NCBI GenBank assembly: GCA_034530875.2
Contig: JAVRCJ020000021.1
Coordinates: 1-64,000 of the forward strand
Length of the DNA stretch: 64,000 nucleotides
Direction of reading: 5' to 3'
Origin: Nostoc sp. DedSLP01
GTDB lineage: Bacteria; Cyanobacteriota; Cyanobacteriia; Cyanobacteriales; Nostocaceae
This document shows, one piece after another, positions 1 through 9,999 of this stretch. Position 1 is the stretch's first letter; each line of letters opens with the position of its first letter. The notes beneath the pieces were generated by a model. The model was not told the origin of the DNA and did not search any database. It saw only the letters and a program-made list of their open reading frames with translations. The position numbers and the translations under genes are program-made.

Positions 1-16
1 CCAGTAGGAAAAAGCA

Positions 17-322
17 ATGTTCAATAATCAAGATAATGTCTCAGATAAAGTACGTATCAGAAATAGTTATCGTCAACGCATAATAGCAGAGGCTAAACAA
101 TTAGACAAAAGCTATTTGGAGACGGTTCATTTCATCATTGACTGCTATTTTGCATTCAAAAAAGGAGTGTTGAATATACAGCAACCAACAGCTTATACAT
201 CCGATTTCAATGGCATAGATACCAATTCAGGAGCATCTCGACAGTCTATTACTAGTGTATCGACCTACGCTGAACAAGAGGATACTGAGGGTAAAACATT
301 CAGCCTGGATTTTGATTTGTAA
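17..322 (+). CDS. hypothetical protein, possible ribbon-helix-helix DNA-binding N-terminus
   Basis: 101-aa ORF with upstream AGGA. The KVRIRNSYRQRIIAEAKQLDKSYLETVHFII segment resembles a beta-helix-helix pattern. Confidence 0.45.
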   Translation: MFNNQDNVSDKVRIRNSYRQRIIAEAKQLDKSYLETVHFIIDCYFAFKKGVLNIQQPTAYTSDFNGIDTNSGASRQSITSVSTYAEQEDTEGKTFSLDFDL

Positions 323-385
323 ATTCTTGAGGCTAAACTTCTAACACAATAAAATTGCCTAAACCAACTGCCTCTAAATCCTTTC

Positions 386-763
386 TTATTTTGTAGAGCT
401 TGGGGTAGCAACTCGCTCGTTGAGTTGGAGAAGTTGTTGGTTTAATTGCCTTTGTCGTTGAAGTAAAATCTCTAAATCTTCCTTTGTAGCTAAATCTGCT
501 CTGTTAGCAGGAAGAACTGGATTTAGCTGATTTAAGCACGAATTCAAACCAGCCGCAAACTCATTGCGTGTCACCGGGCGCGAACCTCGATAAGTATTAT
601 CAGGATACCCAGATAGGCAACCTGTTTTATGAATTGGGGTGCGCCCGTTGGTTGGTGTTTGTGACAAAGTTTTTGATGGATAGGCAATAATTGTTGCCAG
701 TGCCAAGGTAGTTGTCACAGTGGCAAATCGAACCAAGCCAGCAATTGATCGCATCCTAAACAT
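386..763 (-). CDS. S-layer homology (SLH) domain protein
   Basis: Signal-peptide-like N-terminus, SLH motif GCLSGYPDNTYRGSRPVTRNEFAAGL and a coiled-coil tail ATKEDLEIL like the N-termini of cyanobacterial porins. Confidence 0.8.
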   Translation of the reverse strand: MFRMRSIAGLVRFATVTTTLALATIIAYPSKTLSQTPTNGRTPIHKTGCLSGYPDNTYRGSRPVTRNEFAAGLNSCLNQLNPVLPANRADLATKEDLEILLQRQRQLNQQLLQLNERVATPSSTK

Positions 764-783
764 TGGTCGCAGATCCCAGCTAT

Positions 784-960
784 TTACCTCTTTATCCTAG
801 CTCTGACGTGCTTGGCGATCGCTGCTAAGGACATCGCATAGGATTGTGCTAAGGAGCTAATAGTATGTTCTGCTGTTGAAACTTGCTGGAGTATGTCTCG
901 CCGCGTCACATCAGCCAGAGCCGCAAAAATTTGATCGAGGGTCAGATTTGATTCAACCAT
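784..960 (-). pseudogene. truncated ArsR/SmtB-family transcriptional regulator
   Basis: Hand translation, not in the ORF track: MVESNLTLDQIFAALADVTRRDILQQVSTAEHTISSLAQSYAMSLAAIAKHV then RARIKR*. This is the ArsR pattern F-ALAD-TRR-IL...S-AI-KH, cut before the LxxAGL wing. Confidence 0.8.
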
Positions 961-970
961 TTGGTTGAAT
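951..970. promoter_or_regulatory. palindromic operator overlapping the ArsR start codon
   Basis: Perfect 9-bp inverted repeat ATTCAACCA-TT-TGGTTGAAT. Confidence 0.6.
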
Positions 971-1082
971 GATAACCAAGGCTACAGTTTATGTCAAGTC
1001 TCTTTTGGGAATTTATAGTATTTGTGTACTATAATAAATCCACTTTTAGGTTTAGAATAATGTGCGGCATTTTGAAGCACCA

Positions 1083-1196
1083 ATGTCCACGCCCTTAAAT
1101 ACTACTCAAGCACAAGTAAATGCTACCCCGCACTACGAAACCATCACTGGTGTAGTCGAACGCCTGACCTTCCATTCAGAAGAATCAGGCTATACC
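1083..1196 (+). pseudogene. 5' fragment of RecD2/TraA-like helicase
   Basis: MSTPLN...ETITGVVERLTFHSEESGYT matches the RecD2 N-terminus. The sequence then switches abruptly to transposase. Confidence 0.7.
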
Positions 1197-2175
1197 GATA
1201 GTTATGCCACGATCTCTCGCTTCACTCGTTATCTCAAGACTGTGCCTGGATTTGAACCAGCAAAAGGTTCAAGAAAAAACGCGTCCCCCAGGGTTAGTTC
1301 TTCCTCCCATCGCCCTCTCACCCCCAGTCGCGTCACAGCTTTAGTCTTGCGACGACCAGAATTAATACAGCCTAATGAGCGTGAAGTCATCGCTCAACTA
1401 CAAACAGCCCATTCTGATTTGAAGTCAGCTATTGAACTAGCTCAACAGGAGAGCATCTCTTGTGCGTCAACGTCTGAGCGAGCAGCTTGATGCTTGGTTA
1501 AACAAAGCTAAAAACAGCTCGGTTTCTTTGTTGCGCTCCTTTGCTGTTAGTTTAGAGTCTGACTACGATGCTGTCAAAGCAGGTGTAACTATGTCAGTTA
1601 GTAATGGCCCAGTTGAAGGGCATATTAATCGACTGAAAATGTTAAAGCGGCAGATGTATGGTCGTGCCAAAATAGATTTACTGTAGCGACAGTTTTTGTT
1701 AGCTATTTGAGGACAAAATTTTGACAATTTACATTTGATTGTATGAGTTATAGAAATCAGTTTATCTGGCAAAAAGCGGTTCAACTTGCTATCAATTGTT
1801 ATAAATTTACCCGCCTATTTCCTCAGTCAGAATTGTATGGTTTAACTAGTCAAATACGACGTTCTTCTGTATCTGTAGCATCCAACATAGCTGAAGGATA
1901 TGGAAGACGTTCAAAGCAAGAATACGTACAGTTTTTGCATATTGCTTTAGGATCTTTAAGAGAACTCGATACACAATTAATCATTGCTAAAGAAGTAGAT
2001 TTGGCAGATAAAAACCTTTTTACTCCCCCTATTAAATGAAGTTGAGGAAATGCAAAGTATATTAGTTGCCAGTTTAAACAAACTTAAAGTTTGAATCTAT
2101 AATTTTCTTCTTCCTCCTTCTGCCCTCTGCCTTCTGCCTTGCCCCAACCAAGATCGCCAAAACTTGCCAAGAACC
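1197..2175 (+). mobile_element. ISL3-family element remnant (3' part of transposase, cargo gene and right terminal IR)
   Basis: ISL3 C-terminal motif SNGPVEGHINRLKMLKRQMYGRA, a frameshift near 1450 and a premature TAG at 1684. The end CCAAAACTTGCCAAGAACC (2157-2175, reverse complement GGTTCTTGGC...) looks like an ISL3 terminus. Confidence 0.8.
1743..2094 (+). pseudogene. four-helix bundle protein (23S rRNA IVP/bAvd-like), frameshifted near the C-terminus
   Basis: Motif WQKA...FPQSELYGLTSQIRRSSVSVASNIAEGYGR. After the C5 run near 2025 the expected last helix LLNEVEEMQSILVASLNKLKV* continues in another frame to 2094. Confidence 0.8.
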
Positions 2176-2629
2176 AGTTTATAGTTCACTTTTAATATTC
2201 GAGTTTTTTTATAATAATGATTATCGTGTAGAGGATAAAAAGACTGATAAAAGCAATGTTCGTATCAATCCTTCGCCTTGATTATCATTATTATTCAGCT
2301 ACGATTTGAGGTTAACGATCGCCCAACAATAGAGCGATCGCTTGTTCAATGAAATATTTGATTTTTACTCAGATATCTACTAAAACAAAAGTTTTGAACC
2401 ATAACATGGGTATTTGAACCATATTTTGAATTAAAAGTTTAAGTTAGAAAAATTTTGTCAGGGATTTTTTGTGCAAGTTTTGTCCAATTATGTTTTTTCA
2501 ACTCATTCTCTAGTTATGATTCAGAATTTCAACTCTCACTCATAATTTGATTCAAAGTTTTAATTTGTGATTAGCACAAAAGCCTGAATTTTCGTTAACT
2601 CTTTTCTAATTTATGGATCGAAATTTTTC

Positions 2630-2886
2630 TCACATTATTATTCAAAGCATAATCATAGACCAAGCAAAAATACTCCACCCACTCACTGCTGTTATCAAGT
2701 TCGTGCTTCTGTGATGCCAAAACCTCAAGCCATTGCTACTGAACAATTACGTGCTGGTCGCTTCATTTTAGCGACCAATATTATCGATGTTTCGGAGTTG
2801 ACTGGCGATGACTTGTTACTATAAGGCTCAACAATCTACAGAACGCGGTTTTCGTTTCCTCAAAGACCCACTATTTTTTATGAGTA
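2630..2886 (+). pseudogene. IS1634-family transposase internal fragment
   Basis: Hand translation AGRFILATNII...[frameshift]YKAQQSTERGFRFLKDPLFF. Confidence 0.8.
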
Positions 2887-3058
2887 CGTCTTTGGAATCT
2901 GGCTTGAATTATGCCGTCGCCACTACGTGGGATATGAAAGTTGTGCGAACAATTTGACCCCTACAGCTAGCTGCGCGTTAAAGAAAACGTTATGCCTACT
3001 CAATTTTTGGGAATCATTGCTTTTAAGTAGAGTTTTCCCAGAGTAGGATTTGTAGGTC

Positions 3059-4117
3059 ATGAAAGTTGCTCAGATTATTGGCACATTGGGTATCTGGTGG
3101 AAGCAAAAGTTGAGATTAGCTATCAAGTCTACCTTTTTGTATTTGTTTGTAATCGCTCTTTGTCTTACCTTTGCGAACAGTGGCTGTACTCTTGAACAAA
3201 ACCAATCCCTCAAATCGCTTCGAGTCGGAATTACAAGCTGGGCAGGGTTTGATATTGCACGCTATGCTCAACCTTCTGGAATCTTCAAACAGCGAGGGCT
3301 AAAAGTTGAGTTGGTACGATTTGATAACCAGCAAGATTCCAGTCGGGCTGTACTCCGAGGCGGATTAGATGCGGCATTTGTTTCTTTCTGGGATGTGATG
3401 CAAGTCGATCCCGGCAATGATAAACCTATGGTATTAATGACAACCAATATCTCTGCAGGAGCAGACGGAATTGTTGCCCGTCCAGAAATTAAATCCGTCG
3501 AAGATTTGCGTGGTAAAAAAGTCGGGGCAAAACTAGGAACTGTCAACCATTTAATTTTGCTGGAAGCCTTGAAAGCTCATAAAATCAAGCCCTCTGAAGT
3601 TCAGATTCGAGATTTATCAAATGATGTGGCAGCCGAGAAAATTAGAACAAGTGAGATTGATGCTGCTGTGCTGTGGGAACCAATGCTAGGAGAAACTGCC
3701 AAGAGTATTAAGGGGAATGTGATTCACACTACAAAGCAAGTGGACAGTCTAGTGATTGATATCTTGATGTCTAGTGAGAGTACAGTCAAAACGAAAAAAG
3801 CAGAACTCAAACAATTTATACTAGCATGGTTTGATGTGATGCATGCCGTTGAAACGCAGCCGACAAAAGTGTTTAACACTGTAGGAGAACAACTAGGACA
3901 AAGTGGTGAGTCTTTTGCTAGTGATTATGCTGGGTTAAAAAAAGGAGATATTACTTTAAACCGACGGATGTTTGCCGCAGACGGTCGTCTCAATTCGGCA
4001 AAGGTAGAAATTGTGCAACTGCTGCAAGCAGATCCGCGTCATGGTCGAGTGATTCGGCAAGATGTAGACATTCATGCCGCACTTGTCAATGAAGCTATGA
4101 CAGGATGGAAGTTATGA
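3059..4117 (+). CDS. ABC-type substrate-binding protein, NMT1/SsuA (nitrate/sulfonate/bicarbonate) family
   Basis: Motifs LRVGITSWAGF, TNISAGADGIVA, IKSVEDLRGKKVG and DAAVLWEP, with a possible lipobox ANSGC. Confidence 0.85.
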   Translation: MKVAQIIGTLGIWWKQKLRLAIKSTFLYLFVIALCLTFANSGCTLEQNQSLKSLRVGITSWAGFDIARYAQPSGIFKQRGLKVELVRFDNQQDSSRAVLRGGLDAAFVSFWDVMQVDPGNDKPMVLMTTNISAGADGIVARPEIKSVEDLRGKKVGAKLGTVNHLILLEALKAHKIKPSEVQIRDLSNDVAAEKIRTSEIDAAVLWEPMLGETAKSIKGNVIHTTKQVDSLVIDILMSSESTVKTKKAELKQFILAWFDVMHAVETQPTKVFNTVGEQLGQSGESFASDYAGLKKGDITLNRRMFAADGRLNSAKVEIVQLLQADPRHGRVIRQDVDIHAALVNEAMTGWKL

Positions 4118-5859
4118 GGCAGCCATCTAAAAATCACTTATCCCACCAACTACTGATGGGTTTTGGAATTTCTCTAGCAACAGTTGGCTTAACTACATTG
4201 GGATTAAACTACTTCTTGATTCAATCAAAACTAGAGCAGGAACTAGAACAACGCGGTCAATCAATTACTCAGGGAGTCGGGTTTTCTACAGAAGGATTAA
4301 TCGAACTGGGAAATACGAGCATTATCAAACGAGTGGTACAAAACTACGCTACACTACCAACGGTTATAGAAGTCGCAATCGTCAGTCCAAATGGACAAAC
4401 CTTAGCAAGAAGTGGAGCAGAACTACAAAACCCACCTTATGCTTCAATTTACCCAGACCTGGCTCATGTTTTAAAACAGTCTTCTCAAACAGGTTTGGAA
4501 GGGAGTTTCAAAATCACGATAGACGGTAAGCCAGCATTTGTTGAAATTTTGCCCTTTAGTAGTACACTGTTTGGTCAGGCAAACCGACGCGGGTTAGCGA
4601 TCGCTATTCTTGATGTCAAAGAACTACAACAGCAAGCTTGGCAAACTCTCTCTACTTCTACCATTATCTTACTCATTGGAATGTCAGCAATTCTAGTGCT
4701 GATGACAATCATGATTCAGCGATTTGTCTTACATCCACTCCAACGTTTGAATAAAGCCGTTACCGATAGTCACAGCATTGACCATTTTGTGATGCCCACT
4801 GGATTGCCAAATAACGAAATTCAATTTCTTGCCCATACAATTCAACAGGCAGCTACACGAGTAGAGGCTTACCAGCAACTTGAACAAGAAGTAGCGCAGC
4901 GAAAGCAAGCCCAAGCCGCTTTACTGGAGTCAGAAGCACAGCTACGGCAGCAAGCCCAAGATTTGGAAAAAGCCATCCAAGAATTGCAGCAAGCTCAAAT
5001 GCGAATCATTCAAAGTGAAAAAATGTCTGCTTTAGGCAATTTGGTTGCAGGTGTTGCTCATGAAATTAACAATCCAGTCTCCTTTATTCACGGCAATCTG
5101 ACTCATGTTAACAGCTACACTCAGGATCTACTACAACTAATCGACCTTTACCAACAACAATATCCCCATTCGGCAGAAACAATCCAGACAGCAGTCGAAG
5201 CCATCGACCTAGAATTTCTTAAACAAGACTTTCCCAAACTGCTCAGTTCTATGAAAGTAGGAACAGAACGCATTCAGGGAATCGTGCAATCTTTACGCAA
5301 CTTCTCCCGTCTGGATGAAGCTGAGTTTAAAGCAGTAAATGTACATGAGGGCATTGAAAGTACGTTGCTGCTCCTGCAAAACCGTCTCAAGGCACAAACA
5401 GACTCTGACAAAATTGAAGTAATTAAAGATTACGGTCAGTTACCCTTGGTTGAGTGTTACCCTGGTCAACTGAATCAGGTTTTCATGAATCTTTTATCAA
5501 ATGCGATCGATGCGTTAGAAGAGTTAACTTTCAACCAACAGCCTTCTACTCATAACAAATTACAACAAAAAACCAATCCTACAATTTGTATTGTTACGCA
5601 AGTCTTGGCAGACAAAACTATCTCAATTCACATTAGTGATAACGGTTCAGGAATGGATGAAACTGTAAGATTAAAGTTATTTGATCCCTTCTTTACCACT
5701 AAACCAGTGGGGAAAGGAACAGGCTTAGGCTTATCCATTAGTTATCAAATTGTAGTAGGCAATCACAAGGGCAAGCTGTACTGTCATTCTGCACTGGGAC
5801 AAGGAACTGAGTTTGTCATAGAAATTCCAATTCATCAGTCGGGTCGTATTTTTAAATGA
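4114..5859 (+). CDS. membrane sensor histidine kinase
   Basis: Two TM segments, H-box EKMSALGNLVAGVAHEINNP, N-box QLNQVFMNLLSNA and G boxes FDPFFTTKPVGKGTGLGL. The ATG at 4114 overlaps the upstream stop (ATGA). Confidence 0.9.
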   Translation: MRQPSKNHLSHQLLMGFGISLATVGLTTLGLNYFLIQSKLEQELEQRGQSITQGVGFSTEGLIELGNTSIIKRVVQNYATLPTVIEVAIVSPNGQTLARSGAELQNPPYASIYPDLAHVLKQSSQTGLEGSFKITIDGKPAFVEILPFSSTLFGQANRRGLAIAILDVKELQQQAWQTLSTSTIILLIGMSAILVLMTIMIQRFVLHPLQRLNKAVTDSHSIDHFVMPTGLPNNEIQFLAHTIQQAATRVEAYQQLEQEVAQRKQAQAALLESEAQLRQQAQDLEKAIQELQQAQMRIIQSEKMSALGNLVAGVAHEINNPVSFIHGNLTHVNSYTQDLLQLIDLYQQQYPHSAETIQTAVEAIDLEFLKQDFPKLLSSMKVGTERIQGIVQSLRNFSRLDEAEFKAVNVHEGIESTLLLLQNRLKAQTDSDKIEVIKDYGQLPLVECYPGQLNQVFMNLLSNAIDALEELTFNQQPSTHNKLQQKTNPTICIVTQVLADKTISIHISDNGSGMDETVRLKLFDPFFTTKPVGKGTGLGLSISYQIVVGNHKGKLYCHSALGQGTEFVIEIPIHQSGRIFK

Positions 5860-5904
5860 ACAGTACAACTACATCGTTCCTTTTGATGAGTTCGCAAAAG
5901 ATTT

Positions 5905-6138
5905 TCTGCGACATTTGTGAGCTACAAAGCTTTTCAAACAAAGCGAGAGTATAGTCGTCATTGGGTTGGTTTTGTGCGGTTAACGCCATCACCGTTTCGT
6001 GTTATTGCTCGACCCAATCTGTTCCGTCGCCAATTGCATTTTGAGAATTTCAACAAGTGTGGAATTCGCAAGCGCAAAGGTGGCACAGTTACACAGTTTA
6101 GATTTCGCTCCGGTGACTTCGTTCAAGGCGAAAAAGCT
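5905..6138 (+). pseudogene. C-terminal fragment of an RRXRR-domain (IscB/IsrB-like, IS200/IS605) protein
   Basis: HWVGFVRLTPSPFRVIARPNLFRRQLHF...RKRKGGTVTQFRFRSGDFVQGEKA resembles the cyanobacterial RRXRR protein C-terminus. No N-terminal part is present. Confidence 0.65.
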
Positions 6139-6314
6139 ATAATATTTCGGACAAGTCTTTTGATTCTGCCAGTAGAAACAGAGTATAAGTGTTCAAGTCA
6201 CATTTACCGGTTGATGCTTTAGAGGCTATTTATAAAGTAAATATTAAGTAGGGTTTGTTCCGGCTGTGCAAGGATTTGGAAGTTTGAGAAAGTTAGAAAT
6301 AGCCGCAGGGCACC

Positions 6315-6546
6315 ATGTTTATCGTTACAAGGCCAATACCAGTGCATCGTCATAGACCCTCCTTGGTTCTATCGCCTCCGCAACCAAGATAAGACCCATC
6401 GCAACCGCATTCCTTATCAACCAATGCGGACTGAAGAAATTCTGGCACTGCCCGTTCCCGAATTATGCGATCGCTCTGGCTGCGTTTTATTTTTATGGTT
6501 CACTAACAACCACATGGTAGAAGCGGCTCAATGCTTACAGATGTAG
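6315..6546 (+). pseudogene. MT-A70-family N6-adenine methyltransferase fragment
   Basis: Hand translation QGQYQCIVIDPPWFYRLRN...PYQPMRTEEILALPVPELCD..CVLFLWFTNNHM contains the DPPW motif. The start is out of frame and the fragment is truncated at TAG 6544-6546. Confidence 0.8.
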
Positions 6547-6723
6547 CCTTCTCCTTCGGAGACGCTACGCGAACGTGGGTAGATCGTGGGCGTATTCGGT
6601 TATTCGTTTTAATACGAAGAATGGATTTATTTTTATGGATCTCCCTATAAACTACGAATTGGCGATCGCACTAAAAATAGAAAGTAGAGTTTGATTTACA
6701 CTAGTTCATACCAAAATCAAACG

Positions 6724-7656
6724 CTACACAGCAAGTTGCTGCCAGCTAGTATTCTCCTCAAGAATATCTATTTCCACTTGAGATAGTATTTTAGATTGCA
6801 TTTTTTGCAGGTCTCCCAGCACTATTTCGGTATCCTCAGCATTAAACTTATAGTACTCAGTTAAATTCCCGATGGGATAATTAAAGTTACGATAGCGATG
6901 TTTAAAATATAATTCAACATTTCCTCGGTGTAACCAAGTTCCTAGTACCTGAATAGCAACAGTTTGGTAATGTGCTGCTAAATCTAGTTTGATTTCTGCT
7001 AATCGCTCTTTAATAGGTCTAGTGGTTACTCCTATCTTGTACAGAATATCTTTTTGTGTTTGAATCTCTAAAAAATAGAGTGTAGACGATAATATACGTT
7101 GAAGTTGAGCGCGATAGAGTTTTAAATCTATAAGCCGATATGCTAAATCTGGGGCATTTTTATGTTTGGCGTGTTCGCTAGCTAGCTCCACCTTCAGTAG
7201 CTTTTTAAATAATAGCGGCTCCTGTACATCGTTGAATTGCGATAACTCCAACGCTCCAACAGGAATTTTACCCAAATCAGTAAATTCATATTCTGGCGGA
7301 GTTAAGTATATATTTTTTCTCAACATTCCTGCTTTTATCAACCCTGGAGTAACTAGGTAAGAACTAATAGGATAATTTTTGGCTCCGTATTCTTGCCAAA
7401 CTAGTTTTAACTGTGCTAAATCCTTGCCAGATAATTGAATATTGAAATTTTCATAAAGTGGCAGAGTTGGGAATTCTCTGTTAGCTACAGGGCGGCAGGT
7501 CTCTCCATGATGAGCAAAATGATGTTCTTTTACCTTGCCTTTTTTGGCAACCAAATCACCTTGGCAATAAGGACACTTAAGTAAAGTCTTACCCCTGTTG
7601 ATATCTTCAATACATATCAATATCCCATTTTCATTGACGCCATATTTCAGCCACAT
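6724..7656 (-). CDS. CoiA-like Zn-finger / GIY-YIG (T5orf172-like) nuclease
   Basis: N-terminal CPYC...KEHHFAH...C and C-terminal LYFLEI...LYKIGVTTRPIKERL...NVELYFKH. Confidence 0.7.
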   Translation of the reverse strand: MWLKYGVNENGILICIEDINRGKTLLKCPYCQGDLVAKKGKVKEHHFAHHGETCRPVANREFPTLPLYENFNIQLSGKDLAQLKLVWQEYGAKNYPISSYLVTPGLIKAGMLRKNIYLTPPEYEFTDLGKIPVGALELSQFNDVQEPLLFKKLLKVELASEHAKHKNAPDLAYRLIDLKLYRAQLQRILSSTLYFLEIQTQKDILYKIGVTTRPIKERLAEIKLDLAAHYQTVAIQVLGTWLHRGNVELYFKHRYRNFNYPIGNLTEYYKFNAEDTEIVLGDLQKMQSKILSQVEIDILEENTSWQQLAV

Positions 7657-7870
7657 TTTTACACCATTATTGAATAGTTAAACTTGCTCCTACAAGTGTG
7701 CTTCAACTTTTCAAAAATGTATCTATCTTCTGGACTAATGTATTAATGATTTAAAGAATTTAGAAGCAATGGAGTTAAGCGTAGGCATCGCTTGATTGTC
7801 GCCTGTTCAGGAAAATGAGTAGGCTTATATGAATAGATACTTCAAAATTTCTGAGAGAAAAAAAGGAAAG

Positions 7871-9138
7871 CTGACGGGTGACAAAGCGGCTGAAGCCCGG
7901 AAAATAGAGGAGTGTGACCGTTTTGGGGTAAAAAAAGATATGTCAGGTATTCTCAACAAGACCTATCAAATGATAATATTACCTAAATTCTACCAAAACT
8001 GCTTTCAAAATGTACTGTCGCCTGCACAGTACAAGATGCTAGAAATCTTGCTGATGCTACTGCAATTTCATAAGACTGTGACGATTGAGAAACTAGCAAC
8101 AGTATTTCCACAACCGATAAGATTTGAAAGTCGGCGACGAAGTATTCAAAGATTTTTACTATTACCTCAGTTGTCAATTCCATATCTGTGGTTTCCCCTC
8201 ATCAAACGATGGGTAAAAAATAGCTTCAAAGCAGGAAATAAACGATTGATATTTGCCATTGAGAGAACACAATGGCGTTCACAAAATCTATTTGTAATCA
8301 GTTTAATTGAGCAAAAAAGAGCAATACCTGTGTACTGGCTATTGTTACCCAAAAGAGGATGTAGTAATTTGGGAGAACAGAAAAAATTAATTCGTCCGCT
8401 GTTGCAGTTATTTAAGGGATATCAAATGTTGGTACTGGGGGATAGAGAATTCCACAGTATAAAACTGGCATACTGGCTACATAGCAAGAACATTGACTTT
8501 GTATTGCGCCAAAAACAAGGTACTTATATTCGGCAAGAAAACCAATCACATCAACGCTTACAATCTTTGGGATTAACCCCTGGTATTTCTTTGTTTTTAA
8601 CAAGTATTCAAGCGACAAAGCAGAAAGGTTTTGCTAAATTTAATCTCGCTGGATATTACAAGCGTAAATATCGTGGAGTTGTTGAACCTGCTGGCTGGTT
8701 TTTATTGACTAACCTTGATAGTCTTGCAGATGCCATTAAAGCATTTAAGTTGCGAAGTGGCATTGAAGCGATGTTTAAAGATTGTAAGACTGGGGGGTAT
8801 AATCTCGAATCTACTTAAGAGTAATGGTTAACGGTTGATAGCACTGATTTTATTAATTGCTATTGCTTATACTTGTGCTGTTTTAGTTGGTCGTACTTCC
8901 AAATGGGACTACAAAAATATGTTGGTAGTCTCAAAGAATTATAGCGATTGCACCGCCGACATAGTGCTTTTTGGGTTGGTTTGTATGGTCAGTTATGGAT
9001 AGGGGCAATGGAATTTTGGGCTGATTTAGCTCATGAATTGATGCGCCTCAAGCCAAGTAAATTACCCGATTTTCAGCAAGGTCTACGGGCTATGACTCTT
9101 ATCCAGTCTGCTTTATAACTTTTTTGTCACCCCTTCAG
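7871..9138 (+). mobile_element. IS4-family insertion sequence with imperfect terminal IRs
   Basis: Left end CTGACGGGTGACAAA (7871) and right end TTTGTCACCCCTTCAG (ends 9138) enclose a DDE transposase. Confidence 0.8.
7970..9118 (+). pseudogene. IS4-family transposase, inactivated
   Basis: Motifs AIERTQW (first catalytic D appears as E), LGDREFHS and IEAMFKDCKTGGYNLE. There is a stop at 8816 and further stops and frameshifts before the natural end at 9118. Confidence 0.85.
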
Positions 9139-9485
9139 TTAACGAAGGCAGGAGGCAGAGGGCAGGAGGCCGTTTTTGTAACGAGGATTTATACCCCGTT
9201 CCAAAAACTTTGGACGAAGTCCGGTTTTAGACCCGATTGTTTCGATAACTGAAATCCAGTCCATTAGTATATTTGTTCGTATCGGTATCGAACGCCTACC
9301 GCTTCAAAGATACAAAGGTGAAGACTATATATAAAACAATCTTATTTACAATAGAAGAATTAAAAACGGGAAATCCTCGAAATAAACCTGGCATCAGGCA
9401 TGATAGTGTCGATAAAAAAAGCTTCAGCTAAACTCTGTACAATAAATTATTAATCCTTACTGCATCTGGTTCACCATACCAATAA

Positions 9486-9869
9486 ATGTCAGATCGAAAA
9501 GCACTCCTTATCGAACTACTGCGTGCGGCGTATGCAGCCTTTAACGCGCGAGACATTGACGCTGCCCTTGCCCTCATGACTCCGGACGTGGTTTGGCCCA
9601 GAGCGTTCAAAGGCAGTTTTGTCCGCGGACCTGAAGAAATTCGCGCTTACTGGACGGAGCAATGGAGCGAGATCGATCCGCACGTCGAGCCGGTTTCCTT
9701 TTACTTGGAGGAGGGCGGGCGCATTTTGGTCGATGTGCATCAGGTCGTGCGTGACAAGGCTTACGCAGTTCTTGCCGATGAGCACGTGGGTCATCGATTC
9801 ACCTTTGAACGCGGCTTGATTCAAGCTATGGAAGTCTGCCCACTTCCATCGTCCACCCCAAAGACCTAA
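9486..9869 (+). CDS. SnoaL-like / NTF2-family protein
   Basis: AYAAFNARDIDAALALMTPDVVWP...GPEEIRAYWTEQW...VHQVVRD. The gene is visibly GC-rich. Confidence 0.85.
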   Translation: MSDRKALLIELLRAAYAAFNARDIDAALALMTPDVVWPRAFKGSFVRGPEEIRAYWTEQWSEIDPHVEPVSFYLEEGGRILVDVHQVVRDKAYAVLADEHVGHRFTFERGLIQAMEVCPLPSSTPKT

Positions 9870-9999
9870 CCACATGTAAAGACCGAACAGGCATTTCTAG
9901 GGCGGCCTTCTTCTGTATCCGGGGTGAAGTAAGCATCCGTACAGAAAATAATGAACCAGGCGATCGCTTTTGATGCACTATCGTCGGTTAATTACAGTT

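Noticed and set aside
1062..1490. 142-aa ORF as a real novel protein
   Set aside because: It is a chimera of a RecD2 stub and ISL3 transposase sequence.
1743..2094. Diversity-generating retroelement suggested by the Avd-like gene
   Set aside because: There is no reverse transcriptase or TR/VR repeat pair in the window.
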